Part shown: positions 25,618 to 38,942 of the stretch, piece after piece
Layout of the letters: each line of letters opens with the position of its first letter
Numbering within the stretch: position 1 is the first letter of the stretch
Source: Squalus acanthias
Lineage: Eukaryota
Reading direction: 5' to 3'
Length of the DNA stretch: 64,000 nt
Assembly: GCA_030390025.1 (NCBI GenBank)
Contig: CM059433.1
Coordinates: 13,146,001-13,210,000, forward strand
Notes under the pieces: generated by a model
The model's input: the letters and a program-made list of their open reading frames with translations, nothing else
What the model was told of the DNA's origin: nothing
The model's database searches: none
Made by a program: the position numbers and the translations under genes

Positions 25618-25782
25618 ATTAAACCCCAGATCCCCATTGCTCACCACATCCCATTCATTCCAGCCCTGTCGCAGGCCATATCACAGCACAAAGCTCAAAT
25701 GAGACACACCACAAAATAATCCAAACTGAATTAATAAATTTATCAAAAATCAGTGAACACATATTTACAACAAAAATCTTAA

Positions 25783-27961
25783 CTATTCACCCTTGTGCAA
25801 TCCCTTCGTGCGTGTCGTTACTGTGCCTTTGCCTATTCCAGTGGCTGCAGCAGAGCTGGTGGAAGGCTGCTGAGTGTCCATGCGGGAGACTTCAGATGGC
25901 CTTGCAGGACGTCCTCGACCAGCTCTGGACCTGGAAGGCCTGGCTGCAGACTGCACCACCTCGGCATGGGCGGCAGCAGTCTGGGCGACAGGCAGTGACC
26001 AGGGTAATGGTGGAGTGGCAGTGGTGGGAGCAGGAATGCTGTCAGCCTGAGAGGACAGCAGATTCCTACTCCACTGACCCACTCCCACTCCCCCGGGGCA
26101 GCGCCTCAGCATTCCTAGCAATCTGTTGAAGCACAGATTGCTGGCCTGCTGTGACACCGTGAAAGCCCCGATCGACGGTGGTGGACCCAGCCACGATGGC
26201 AGCAGTCTGAGATTGGATGCCATCAAGCATAGACTCCATTACAGCACTAAGATGTTGCGTCACTTCCGCCTGTGCTGTAATGGAAGCTGCCAGATCCATT
26301 GCACGTGGCATCAGGTCTGGGTCGCCACGGTCTCTCTGGGAGTCTACCATCCTTTGCAGACTGGAAATGATGGGCTCCATGGTGTGCGCAGAGCCTTGTG
26401 CAATGTTGGAGGCGGACTCCTCCACGCTCCTTATCATTGCTGACAGCCTCTCGGGCACCCTTGCCATTGCACCTATCATCTCCGTGTGCATGCCCATCAC
26501 CCTTCTTCTAAAGGCCTCCCCATCGAGGTCCTCATCTGAGTCCTGTGCAGCAGAACTCGCCCTCCGAGGAGCTGGCCCCCGAGCTACCCTTTCCCCTGGC
26601 CGTGCTGCAGCCCACTCGTCCCTGGTGCCTCACCCTGTGCAGATCCTGCTACTGTACTAGCCTCTAAAGAACATGTCGTGCCAGTATCTGAGCTGGTGCC
26701 TGCGGGTGAGAGATGCAGTGATGCGGTGTGTTCTTCCTTCTCCTCTTCTCCCGCCTCGCTCTCTACGGTGTCCTCAGGGACAGGCTGCTCAGGTGATCGC
26801 TGATTATCTGAAAGCATAAAGGCACAAGAGTTGGGTTAAGGTGAGGGGAGGGGGGCAGGAAGGGAGAAATGCATGCATATACAGCGTGATTAACTGGAAA
26901 GTGCGAACCGCTTGTGGGGTGAGTGGGAAGTGGGATGTGAGGAGAAGGAGTAGGGATGAACATACCGTTGTTGTTCCCAAAGGGATCAACGTTGCCGGTG
27001 GCCACAGCGCCCACCACGTGGCACCCAATAACCTGCAGCACTCTATTTTCCAGTTGGGTGTCGGCTTGTCCCCTGCCTGTGCGCTCCTGCTCCCTCATGT
27101 TAACATAGAAACATAGAAACATAGAATCTAGGAGCAGGAGTAGGCCATTCGGCCCGTCGAGCCTGCTCCGCCATTCAATACGATCATGGCTGATCATCCA
27201 AATCCAGTACCCTGTCCCTGCTTTAATCCCCACAGTACACATATCCCACCCTACCCCCGTAACCCCACGTATTTAATTCCCCCTAACATATCCCATCCTA
27301 TCCCCATCACCCCACATATTTAATCCCCCCCTAACACTAAGGGTCAATTTATCATAGCCAAATCAACCTAACCCGCCCATTTTTGGACTGTGGGAGGAAA
27401 CCGGAGCACCCGGAGGAAACCCACGCAGACACGGGGAGAATGTGCAAACTCCACACAGTCACCCGAGGTCAGATTCGAACCCGGGTCCCTGGCGCTGTGA
27501 GACACCAGTGCTAACCACTATGCCACCGTGTTGCCCATGTTGTGAGCCACCTTGGCCTGCAAGAGAAAGGAAAGTGTGTGAGTGAGTGTGGAGCAATGTG
27601 TTTGGATCATTGTGTGCAAGGTGTGAGATGTGGGGGTGTGGTGCCTTGGGCAGTGTGTGAAAACTGTGGTTCAGATGGTGGTATGTAACATTTGTTGTAG
27701 CATTCACTCACCCTGACCACCCGAGTGAGGTTGTTAAATTTCTTCCTGCACTGTGTGTGGGTCCTGGGGGACCACAGTGCTGCCCGAGATGTGCTGCGCT
27801 ACCTCCCTCCACATGGTTTGGAAAACTTGCGGCGAGGGCCTCCTGCCACTTGCCGGGAAGAGCACTGCCCTCCGTCTCTCCACAGCGAACACCAACACCT
27901 CCAATGCTTGATCGCAGAATCTGCGGGCTCTCTCCCTGGGGCATGCATCTGCCGTGAGCAC
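25783..27961 (-). pseudogene. Harbinger Myb/SANT-like DNA-binding protein gene, 3 exons, disrupted
   Basis: RERARRFCDQALEVLVFAVERRRAVLF...MWREVAQHI; GT/AG junctions near 27712/27556 and 26966/26807; exon 2 (AKVAHNMREQERTG) split by a V-SINE. Confidence 0.8.
27102..27536 (-). mobile_element. V-SINE (HE1-like), near-identical to 19091-19531
   Basis: same head, V domain and tail; atgtt duplicated on both flanks. Confidence 0.9.
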
Positions 27962-28529
27962 AGCTGCTTCATTCCTCCGGCTCCTTCTCTTTCACCTGCA
28001 GCTGCTTGCTGAGGCAGCTGCACAGCCAGCAATGCTGAGAATGAGGTTCTGCAGCATCAATGAACCTTCCCTTTAAGAACTGAAAAAAGCCTGTGGCAAT
28101 CATGACTTGGGATTAGACTGCACCTGATATTGGTCCACCCTTTGAGTGTAACGCCAATGAGCTTGGGCTTCAAGACTTGACTTAGCGCTCCAATCATTTC
28201 TTTGAGCAGTGAGCACGAATTTTGCATGCAGTCTAAACCATTAGCGCCTGGCGCGAATTCTCCAACTTTTCTACTGATACCGCCCATTCCTGGGCTATAA
28301 TGAATTTCTAGCCCCAGATCTATTAACTCTTTTAGTGCATTACACTTTTAGCACCCTTCGATTTGTGTTAAATATGAATGCTCTAACCTGGCACATACAG
28401 ATAGCCCTCCCTCAATCAAAGATTTAGGATAACCATGCTATCGTATTGGGCTGGAAAAAAAAAATCATTAAAAAAATGCATTAGTCCATTAATCTGAAAT
28501 TAAAACATAAAATGCTGGAGATACCTGCT

Positions 28530-29270
28530 GAACGGTGAAATATTTTAGCTGGTCTTTTAAAAGGTGAGAGACTGGTAAATGTTGGCATTCAGAGGGTTTT
28601 GGGTGATCTTGTACACAAATTATAGAATGTTAACATGCAGGTACAGCAAGCAATTAGGAAGGCAAATAGCCTTTATTGCAAGGGGGTTGGAGTATAAGAG
28701 TAAGGGAGTCTTGCTGCAGTTTTGGTGGGACCACACCTGGATTACTGTGTATAGTTTTGGTCTCCTTACTGAAGGAAGGATATACTTGCCTTGGAGGGGG
28801 TGTAACAAAGGTTCACTAGATTGATTTCTAGGATGAGAAGGTTGTCCTATGAGGAGAGATTGAGTAGAATGGGGCCTATATTCTCTGGAGTTTAGAAGAA
28901 TGAGATCTCACTGAAACGTATAAAATTCTTAGAGGGCTTGACAGGGTAGATGCAGGGAGGATGTTTCCCCTGGCTGGGGAGTCTAGAACCAGGGGTCATA
29001 GTCTCAGGATAAGGGGTCGGCCATTTAGGACTGGGATGAGGGGAAATTTCTTCACTCAGAGGGTGGTGAATCTTTGGAGGGCTGTGGAGGCTCAGTCGTT
29101 GAGTATATTCAAGACAGAGATCGATAGATTTTTGGGCACTCAGGGAATCAAAAGATATGGGGATAGAGTGGGAAAGTGGGGTTGATGGAGAAGATCAGCC
29201 ATAATCTTATTGAATGGCGGAGTAGGCTTGAGGGGCTGTGTGGCCTACCCTCCTAGATCTTATATTTCTC
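28530..29270 (+). mobile_element. CR1/HER1-like LINE 3' fragment
   Basis: AFIARGLEYKSK...MFPLAGESRTRGHSLRIRGRPF and CR1 3' UTR. Confidence 0.88.
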
Positions 29271-29567
29271 ATCACAGATGCTGACCTGCGTATTTCCTGC
29301 ATTTTATGTATTTATTTAAGATTTGCAGTTTTTCCTTTTTATCTCATTGGTCCATTAACATCAGATTGGAAGCCCACTGTCTCAGCTTGACATAAGTTCC
29401 TTTTAAAGGTTAGTGTTTCTGTATAAATTTCAGCACCTGTTTAAATGGCTATTAAAATATAATCTTTGCTGACCCACCAACAGACGACCTCTGCTTAGAT
29501 GGCCAAAATGCCTGTTTCGTGCTGTAGGTGGCCAGTCACTAATACTACTGATTATTTCTTGTTTCAG

Positions 29568-29639
29568 CTATTTGTACAAGAATGAAATCCAGTCACTTGA
29601 CAGGCAAGCATTTAAGGGACTTGTCTCTCTAGAACAACT
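29568..29639 (+). CDS. PXDN: Peroxidasin LRR exon (equivalent to human exon 4), 72 nt
   Basis: tttcag|...|gtaagt; phase 2-2; encodes [24 protein letters not shown], matching recalled vertebrate PXDN LRR3. Confidence 0.95.
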
Positions 29640-31496
29640 GTAAGTGCCTTTGCTATTCGTGTTCCATTGCTGTTTTATTGTCTTTATCTTTCTAGTATCT
29701 TATGCTTGGCTTTTTTCAGTTTACCAGTAAAAGTTTCTTTGGCTCGTTGTATAGTCAGCACTTGCATGCTTTGCATGTCACATTTGCACAATTCAGTACT
29801 GAAAGAAAAGCGGGAAATGTGGCTGAAGATAGGTTCGGGCTTTGGTCTTGTACGGTTTGGACAACTTGTAGTTCACTCGAATAATGAGTGTGTTCGCAGC
29901 ACCACACAATGTGTTGACTTGCTTTGTTTTTGATAAATGTTTGCTAATGAGTAAAAAGTATCTTGCATTGTTCAAATGCCTGGCACCCATCAGGAGTTTG
30001 GGATCTTCAGTTGACACCATATATCGGAATTTGTTTTACATTAATTATGGCAATTCAAGTGGGGAAACCAGCTGAATATAAATCTCTTTCTAGAAAGCAA
30101 GCATGCTAACATTTTAGTTGTCGTCTCAACCAAATACTTCCGATTTTTTTGCATATAAACTATGCTATATGTGTAATCTTTCACTCACTCCACTTGCAAT
30201 CAGTTATTCTATGGTGTGCGTTTATGATGTTGAGTTATATTTTTGGCACTCGGTTTACAGTACTTGCATAACTCGCCAAAAAGTCAACTCCAACAGTACG
30301 AGAAGAAGTTAAATTTGTCAAGTAACTAACACATCATGCCATTATTCTGGATATTTTTCCCTTTAACTTTTGGTGAAATCTGAAAGATTACCACCTTGGT
30401 GGTGTTGCATTTTTATTAGAAACAGGTCCATTTTAAATTGCCTACTCTGTCTTTTGATCAAAATCACTTCCTAGCAATTAAGTGATGTATATTCTTTAAT
30501 GCATTGTGTTTCTTCTGTTTGCTCCTTTGCACAAAACACTACATTTTAATGCATAATTCACTTGAAGAAGCTCAGATGTTTAGAGTTCCAAATAAGCAGT
30601 TTGATTATTGTTTATTTGTGATCATACTTGTCTTTGAGGGGGATACCTCCTCCATACATCGTTCTGAGTGTCTGGTGCCACACCTCATCTACACCAGGTA
30701 TACTTTCACACCTTAGATTCATACACTTGTAATAAGCTTGCCTGAAACTCTTACATTTTTCAGGTGAGTTTCAATACATGGCTTTTTATTAAATTGGTGT
30801 TGTAAAGCTTATAGTGGGATAGGATGCTGAAGGGTATCAGTACTGGTTGCTGCAAACATTAAGGCTTTCTTCTTTGCTGTAAATTGATTAAACTGACACT
30901 ACTGATCTCACAAACAGTGGGAAGAAATAGTAAGTCGCTAATTCTACGTGTTAATACACCAGATAAATCTAGAGTACTGCTAACACCAGTCTCGGCAGTA
31001 CAAAAGATGCCAATTAAGAAAAAAAAAATCTAACTATCCAGCATGCACAACAAATTTGAATAATAAGACCTTCCTTTCATAGGTTGTAATTGAAGGAAGG
31101 CTGATTGACTGCTGGGGGGCAACTTGTGGCCTCAAGTCAGCTGCAGCTTCAGTTTGAACTCTTTAGTGTTCATTATTGCTAAATTCTGTCACCTCTCAGC
31201 TGAACGTGGAACATGATTCTGAAGCTCTGGCGGCTGCACTCTATTACCACAGTGGCTGAGCAATAGGGACTGTGATACTGAAGCTCGTGCTACATATATA
31301 TTACCAAGATACTGCTTCACGCAACCTCACTTGAGTGACGGCACTGCAGTATAATCGCCTTCCTGCTGTGGCATGAAGATCCACCTCAAAGTGGTTTCCT
31401 CTTTGCCTGCTGGAGACAAAGCAGCACTGGCAGCAGACGTAAATGGTTATTAACTTGTTCTGGCCAAATAGCACACTTGAGTTTCAAATGGGCCTG

Positions 31497-31522
31497 CTGT
31501 GTATGTGTGTGTGTGTGTGTGT
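31497..31522. repeat. (TG)n microsatellite
   Basis: direct reading. Confidence 0.9.
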
Positions 31523-32374
31523 TTTTTTTGCGTGGCTGCCCTCCGTAGACTTTCCCTGACAGCCGGCAAAGTCTCTGTAACCACAAATCCGAGGTATGAA
31601 CCTAACTTGGAAGTAGTTGGGCATGCATGATCTTGAGCCTGTGTAATCGCTTCAGTATTGTTGTTGGCACTCTGAATCACCATCCAGCAAGCTAAACAGA
31701 ATGTCAGCAGCCTTAGCACATTGTTAAAGATAAATATACTATCTTACTGAACGGCTCGTAAAATCTGCAGGCATTTCGGCACATTCCTGTCCTAACTCTG
31801 GGTAGGAGTGCGGCAGAAGGCGTGAGAAATAGACTGGGATCAGGATAAACAGGGTTCTGGCCTTCACTTGTAATTTTCAAAGGGTCTTTGTCTGGGGCGC
31901 AACCTTTTTCCACCCCAAACATGACCCCTTTCCCCCCCATGTTGGAGGTGGCAGAGACTCGCTGTGCTGGGAGTTCCTGCTTCCCTGGCCTCGGTGGGAT
32001 CCGGCATAAGTATCGAGGCATGTACCCCCCCAGAGAGGTGAGGCATACGGGCCTCCTGAAGGGAAAGGGGCCTGGACCTCTGAACAAGCGGTAAATTTTA
32101 AAAAGAACATTTTCATCCCCCACCCTCGCAAGACAGCAACGAGCACGAGAGTTTCCAGCCTTTGTGGGCTGGTGGGTGCCTGAGATGTGCTTGTGCTGGG
32201 TCCGTGCTAATTAGGTGTGCTGCCCCCTGACCCTCTGGCGGGGTCAGTGCTTGAGGGCACTGACTGCCACACTCCTGCCTGGTTTGCCTCCTTGAGCAGT
32301 TTTGGGGCCAGCAAGTTTCACATTGATTGCAAATACATCACCATACTGATTTGTCATGGTTTGTCATAATTAAA

Positions 32375-32853
32375 AAGAAAGAAAGACAGACTTGCATTTA
32401 TATAGCGCCTTTCACGACCACCGGATGTCTCAAAGCGCTTTACAGCCAATGAAGTATTTTTGGAGAATAGTCACTGCTGTCATGTGGGAAACGCGGCAGC
32501 CAATTTGCGCACAGCAAGCTCCCACAAACAGCAATGTGATAATGACCAGATAATCTGTTTTTTGTTACGTTGATTGAGGGATAAATATTGGCCAGGACAC
32601 CGGGGATAACTCCCCTGTGCTCTTCTTTGAAATAGTGCCATGGGTTCTTTCACGTCCACCTGAGAGAGCAGACGGGGGCCTTGGTTTAAGGTCTCATCCG
32701 AAAAGTGGCACTTCCGGCAATGCAGCACTCTCTCAGCACTGCACTGGGAGTGTCAGCCTAGATTTTTGTGCTCAAGTCCCTGGAGTGGGGACTGTGAACC
32801 CACAACCTTCTGACTCCGAGGCGAGTATGCTATCCACTGAGCCACAGCTGACA
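32375..32853 (-). mobile_element. SacSINE1-like SINE
   Basis: full-length match to 12597-13060. Confidence 0.88.
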
Positions 32854-35024
32854 CTAATTAATGCAGTATTTGGTTTAAAATCAAACAAAGATCGGAACTA
32901 GGAAGAATGGATGTAGATAGAATCTTCACAGTTGGCAGCACTGTATACATAGTGTTCTTCAACCTTTAATTCTTTGTCCTATCCTCTGTTTTGAAAAACA
33001 TTGCACATGTTCCTCCATTATTACTCCGTTATCAAAATGTATTACAACTCGCTCAATTCATTCAACATCTATCAGCAATCGTTCAGTCTAACTAAAATGC
33101 TTATGTGAAATAATATACAATAGCTGGCAAAAAGCTCAAATTCCTTTGGTAGAATAAGTAGTTATTGGGCACAGAAGAGGTGTAGACAGTGGGGTTAGAA
33201 TTCAGGAAGCATGAAATCAAATGGACTAAAGGATCCAAACTGGTCCTGTGATTTGTGTATTTTAGAACATTAGAAGTCAATGTAGGTCAGTGTTACTGCA
33301 AATATATTTTTATGGGAGTAACCAGGGAAAGAAAGTGTGTTGGCTCCAGTGATATTTTGCACTCAACGGTGAAATTACCAGCAAAGATTTTTTTAAAGAT
33401 AAATTTGTATCTTCTTGGCAATATAAAATGGATTATATTTATATCCATATTTAATGGGTGATTAATCTTTCAGACATACTGTTCATAATATGTAATGTAT
33501 ATTTTCCTCAGAGTTCATCAGTTGACTTTCAAAGAACGTTCAGTCAGTTGTTTTAAGTATTTGGACGGTTAGTATTTCGTGTTGTTGGTCTTGATCCCAG
33601 GTTACAGTTTTTGGATGTAGAATCAATTAGGAGCTGGGACAGTTGTGAACTGGATGTTGCTGTGATGATGGCAACCAATTCCTCTTGCTATAGTTGCTGG
33701 AAGGATGTTGTTTTGCAGACAGTTGCCGAGTCCTTCAAGTAGTGGGACAGCCAGACTATTGACAGGTCTTCTGATTTTGGGGTTTAATTTCCCCCCCCCC
33801 TGGATCCCGGGTCAAATCGGCTGCAAGAAAATCGGTGCTTTTTCAAGTCAAAAAATAAAACAGGAAGTTAATTATAAGAAAACTTAAGATTTAATCAGTG
33901 AACCAACTTTGGAAGGAACAAAGTATGCACAACTTGAATAAACAGCTTACAGCTACCTTCATAAAGTGTCATGCTAAAAACATTTGGCATGTTTCGTTAG
34001 TTGCGTCCTCAGAGCCTCCTCCCCCATGGAACTTCAGTCACCAAATGCAGGTGTCAGAAGATGCCCTCTCTTGGTACAGAGAGAAAACAGAACTGCAGTA
34101 TGGTGACATGAGAATTTTTGGGTTTCATCTATTGTTGGGTGATTTATTGTTGGGTGATTTATCAGTTTAATCCAGTCATTCCCTCAATCAGAAGGCTTAT
34201 CCTAATGGGTTTAAATCTGGCGGTTTGGTAAGCTGCCTGGTACTTTACTTGCAATGGTATGTATTTTAGGTTGTTGTTACTTGCCTTATTGCTTCATGTG
34301 GTTCTGGGGAATGTCCATAATAATGATTTGGTGATGTAGTTTTTAGGTCTAAATGCGGTCTTGGTAATTGAAGCCTACGAGTACTTGAATTTGAGCTACA
34401 ACATCAGAAGATGAGTGGCACATTCACCAACTTCACAGGTGGCTATACACACGCACCAAGATCACACAACTGGGTTATTTTTGGATTCACCGTTTGCACA
34501 TTTTTCCCCACACCAGTATTATTGCCACTTCTTGCGCAGTCGTTTTGTACTGTTTGAAGATGGTTGTCCATTCCATCAGTCTTTACAACTATTTAGAAAT
34601 CTTGAGATGTTGACAAGTCATTTGTGTTCATAGTTGGGGGGGTCACTCCATGACCGTTTCCTCAGCCCTTGCACTGCGTTTCTGGCAGTACTGGGACCAG
34701 GGGTGAGCAGCAGCGCACACCGGTCAGGATCCAGTTAGGCCAAGTCACGGACCAATTTTGCGTGCGTCAGATTGCCAGAAAGGACAGTGTTTTCCAGAAG
34801 TCTCTACCCAGATATGGATAGGTGTATCTAATTAAACAGAATTGACCGTGTGATGTTATACATTACATTTTCGCTCTTTACTGCCTACTTAAGCAACACG
34901 GGACACTACTCATAACACCATTTTACTGGTGTCCAGCATTGTCGGAGCCAGTGAAGAGGCTTTAATAAGTGAGTGCCTTTAATCGCAAGGCAGTCGATGT
35001 AGTCTTGCACTGTCGGCTGCTTTT

Positions 35025-35512
35025 GTTGCCATAGAGGGAGTGCAGCGAAGGTTCACCAGACTGATTCCTGGGATGGCAGGACTGTCGTATGAGGAGAGAT
35101 TGGGTCGACTAGGCCTGTATTCACTAGAGTTTAGAAGAATGAGAGGGGATCTCATTGAAACGTATAAAATCCTGACAGGGCTAGACAGACTGGATGCAGG
35201 GAGGATGTTTCCCCTGGCTGGGGGCTCTAGAACGAGGGGTGTCACAGTCTCAGGATACGGGGTAGGACATTTAGGACTGAGATGAGGAGAAATTTCTTCA
35301 CTTAGAGGGTGGTGAACCTGTGGAATTCTCTACCACAGAAGGCTGTGGAGGTCAAGTCACTGAATATATTTAAGAAGGAGATAGATAGATTTCTAGACGC
35401 AAAAAGCATCAAGGGGTATGGGGAGAGCGCGGGAATATGGTATTGAGATGGAGGATCAGCCATTATTGTGTTGAATGGCCTACTCCTGTTCCTATTTTTC
35501 TATGTTTTCTAT
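35025..35512 (+). mobile_element. CR1/HER1-like LINE 3' fragment
   Basis: VQRRFTRLIPGMAGLSYEERLGRLGLYSLEFRRMRGDLIETYKIL; tail tttctatg. Confidence 0.9.
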
Positions 35513-36704
35513 TCCCAGTGAACAAATGCTTTCTTCTGCCTGTGTAGCAGCTAGCCACTTAAAATTAGTGTGGGGGATTCCTGTAGCAGTAGCGATTTAA
35601 TTTTTTCCAGCCCATCCACATGGCAGACTCCCTAGTGTAAGCGGGAACACAGCTAAGAGTCCGTTGCGATAACTAGTATAACACTGACCTTGCTTGGATC
35701 AATGGCGGGTCACTTGAGTGAGTGGAAGTCCTGTCCCATCACACTTTTGGCTGGAGCAGAAAATCTCGGCTTGTAGTTCTTGTACTGATCTGAAGGTTAC
35801 TAACCCCTTGGAAAAAATGGATGAAAAGGACATTAGCGGAAAAGTGAGCAAGGTTCACTCACCTATGGTTGCACCCTGCACAATCCTGAGCCATGTTTCT
35901 GGCTGATGTCTACGCTTTGTTCTCAGGCCTGGCAGCTCTGAGCTTAGTCTGTACTTGGGGCTTAGGACTTTTTTTTCCCCCCCCCCACCCTTCTCCTGAG
36001 CCCCACACCCCAGCCTCCCAGGCTATGCCTCCCTCCACCCCCTCCCTCACATGCCAACCCCAAAAGTGGGTTTGCTGCAACTGCTGCCCGTGAGTTTCTC
36101 CTGGCCTGGGCACCCCCGCACCCTCCCAGTTCCACCTTCTTTCCCACTTGTGCACGTTGCCGTTCCTGTCAGATGCTCCCTGCTCAATCCTAAGTAATTC
36201 ATTGTTTTGTTAATCTTGTACTCTGCGCCTCTATTTACGGAGATCCAAAATGCTATTGGCCCTTTTTTAATGGTTTGATTTACCTGTGCTTGCACTTTCA
36301 GGGAATTATGTTTTTGAACCCACGGGTCCCTATTCGTCCACACCCTTCAGTGTCTTTCCATTAAGTATCTGCTCCCATTCCTCATTCTTCCCCCTAAAAT
36401 ATATTCCTTCATACATTCTCAATTAAATGGCATGTGTCTGTCCATTCTGTTAGCTTTTTATTTCCTCCTGAAGTATTTTACCGTCCTCCTTGCTGTTTGC
36501 TAAATTATCTACTTTTTGTCTTGTCAGCAAATCTCAAAATTGTGTTCTCTTCTCCAAAGTCCAAATCCCCTAAACATACAGAGAACAGCACTGATCCCAG
36601 GGTACTCCACTTCTAACCCTTTCCCACTTCGCGCAAAGCCCATTGGCCTTAATACTTTCGTCTCCGGTCTGTAACCAATGTTCTATCCAATGTTCTATCC
36701 CCCT

Positions 36705-36975
36705 ACGGCAGCTGTCTCTCATTCTGCCAGCATTTCACACTTCACCTTTTGTTTCTTAACCTGTCCCATTACCATCTCGTCTTGCCTTGAGCATCTCTTA
36801 ATGTCTCTACTTACCATAGTTATTCCTCCCCCGGGCCTCCCCCTTGCATTTTTATCCGTTTCATTTCCTGCTCTTTTCTCAGTTCTGACGAAGGGTTTCG
36901 ACCTGAAACGTTAACTCTGTTTCTCTCTCCACGGATGTTGCCTGGCCTGCTGAGTTTTTCCAGCGTTTTCTGTTG
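36705..36975 (+). mobile_element. Penelope-like 3' fragment (family B) with hammerhead at 36881-36916
   Basis: agtt CTGACGA agggtttcgacct GAAA cg TT aact followed by the conserved family B tail. Confidence 0.75.
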
Positions 36976-37404
36976 CATTTTCTATCCATGCTGTTCTGTT
37001 TCCTCATATACCATTTACTATTCTCTCTTACCATGTGTTCATTAGTTCTAGTTAATAATCGCGCACTCAGTCAAACTGTTCCGACACTTCTGATTATTCA
37101 AAAGCATTGTTTAAAAAGAGTTGGGGAAACTTGCCTCTTGGTAGCCGCACCCTGGTGACTTTGAGATTTTAAATGGTGAGTTTCTTTTTGACAGTTTAAC
37201 ATACTGCAGCCAAAGAATAGAAGTAAAATTGCTTGTGAATCGCTTAACCGATTCTTGCCAAAGGTTACAGACAGCCTCTGCAGAGGAGTAACTTTCTCCC
37301 CTCCAAAAAAAATAAATAATTGGGTTAAATCTGATCATTCTTTGGTTTTAAGTGGAAAATATTTGGCCTGTAATGGGGGATTGCTAGTTCCCTGTTGCTA
37401 GGTA

Positions 37405-37760
37405 CAGGAAACTCTCGTTTAAACGGCACCTAAATATTCGGAATTCTCTAATAACCGGCAGAATTCATACTCCGAAAACTACAGTATACAGTCGTTTATA
37501 AGTTTTGTTTTACTGTTAAGTAATTAAAGAGTTATGGATTACCCTCAACTGGCAGTACTGTACTTAATCAAGCATCTTCCACCATCCATTTAACACAACA
37601 TTCTGTAGGGGAGTACCCAATTATACTGCACATTTCTTGATTTTTTTATTTTTGTTTGTTTAAAAATAGCCTCGGTAGGTATACCTCTCCGTTATCCGGA
37701 ATTTTTAATCAACCGGCACCATCCCGGTCCCGTCGGTGCTGGATACGAAAGAGTTTCCTG
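37405..37760. mobile_element. pogo/Tigger-like MITE
   Basis: TA|caggaaactct...agagtttcctg|TA, with ~26-bp imperfect TIRs. Confidence 0.8.
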
Positions 37761-38181
37761 TATTAATTCGTAGCCAAGAGGAGGTGTCCCTGGGACAGAG
37801 AGTGATTTTGTACATTTGCAAGTATCATGGGCGTGATGGCCAATTTGGAGTAAACCAGTAGACTGACCATCTGGAGCGAGTGGGCTGTTTTGAGAATTGT
37901 GTCCCAATATGGATGTCGTAGCATTTCTGATCAAGAATCATTCAAATTATGCCAGCAAAACTTAGCAATATCGCAGATTTTATTTTAAACTAATACTGCA
38001 TTCGCAGTGCTTTTTAAGTAAAAATGTCAGGATTCCTACTTTAAAAAAAATAGTTACATTAAAAGGGTTTACTGTATATGAGCTAAAAAGGTGTAGAGAT
38101 TATTTTGCATCGTATTGTATGTTTTGTACGGTGGCCGTATCTTGTAATTTATAGTAGCTTTGTAAAGGGTAATTAAGTACT

Positions 38182-38467
38182 CTCCTTTTGCCTCGCACCA
38201 TCATCCCTTTTGTCTCTTAATCTCTCCTGCCTTCCATCCTATCACCGACCTTCCCTTTTGTTCTTTCCTCCCCTCCCCCCTCCCCCTGCCCCTGCACTTG
38301 CTTAAAAACCTGTTCCATCTCCAACTTTTTCCAGTTCTGACGAAGGGTCATCGACCTGAAACGTTAACTCTGTTTCTCTCTCCACGGATGCTGCCTGACC
38401 TGCTGAGTATTTCCAGCATTTTCTGTTTTTATTTCAGATTTCCAGCATCCGCAGTATTTTTGCTTTT
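38182..38467 (+). mobile_element. Penelope-like terminal insert (family B)
   Basis: exact 13-bp TSD gtaattaagtact at 38169-38181/38468-38480; matches the reverse complement of 15390-15605. Confidence 0.85.
38333..38369 (+). ncRNA. Minimal hammerhead ribozyme motif (family B)
   Basis: agtt CTGACGA ag-ggtc-atc-gacc-t GAAA cg TT aact; palindromic ACGT stem III. Confidence 0.82.
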
Positions 38468-38942
38468 GTAATTAAGTACTGATTGGTTAGAATAAATAAA
38501 AAGCGGAGTGGGCAGTGTAGCTGTGGTGATTTATTTGCCATAATATTGCCATGTATTGGGACCATGTAATCTGCTTTAAAACCATTTTTTTTCTCTCTCT
38601 CTTTCTGGTAAAATCGGTCTTACGGTTCCTCTCTTCCATCAAGAAATACTCTTGAGATTGCACATCTACTCAAATTCAGTCTTTGTAACATGAGTTATTA
38701 TTTTCAAATGCATGTGACTGTGCAAAGCAAGATGATTTACAGTCTGGAGAAATCGGATTGGAAATATCTGTGATTGTAGCTACAAACCTGTAAAAGCTGT
38801 CGTAGCTCTAGCAAAGCTGCCAACTCAAAAACTGTCTTATTGAAAAACGACTCTCTTGGGGGCAAAAAAGGCCTACGATCAAGGCTGCTACTTCAAGATG
38901 GCTGAAGTGCAGCTAAGCCCAATAGTCCCATCATTTGTAATT

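Larger units (their letters stand above)
23975..28315. mobile_element. PIF/Harbinger DNA transposon, near complete but decayed
   Basis: imperfect TIR ggggc..aaat / aatttctagcccc; convergent transposase and Myb/SANT-like genes. Confidence 0.88.

Noticed and set aside
1..29567. Upstream PXDN LRR exons (DLRFNRI..., LLNNNQI...)
   Set aside because: No matching spliceable segment found by eye; they probably lie upstream of the window, though a miss cannot be excluded
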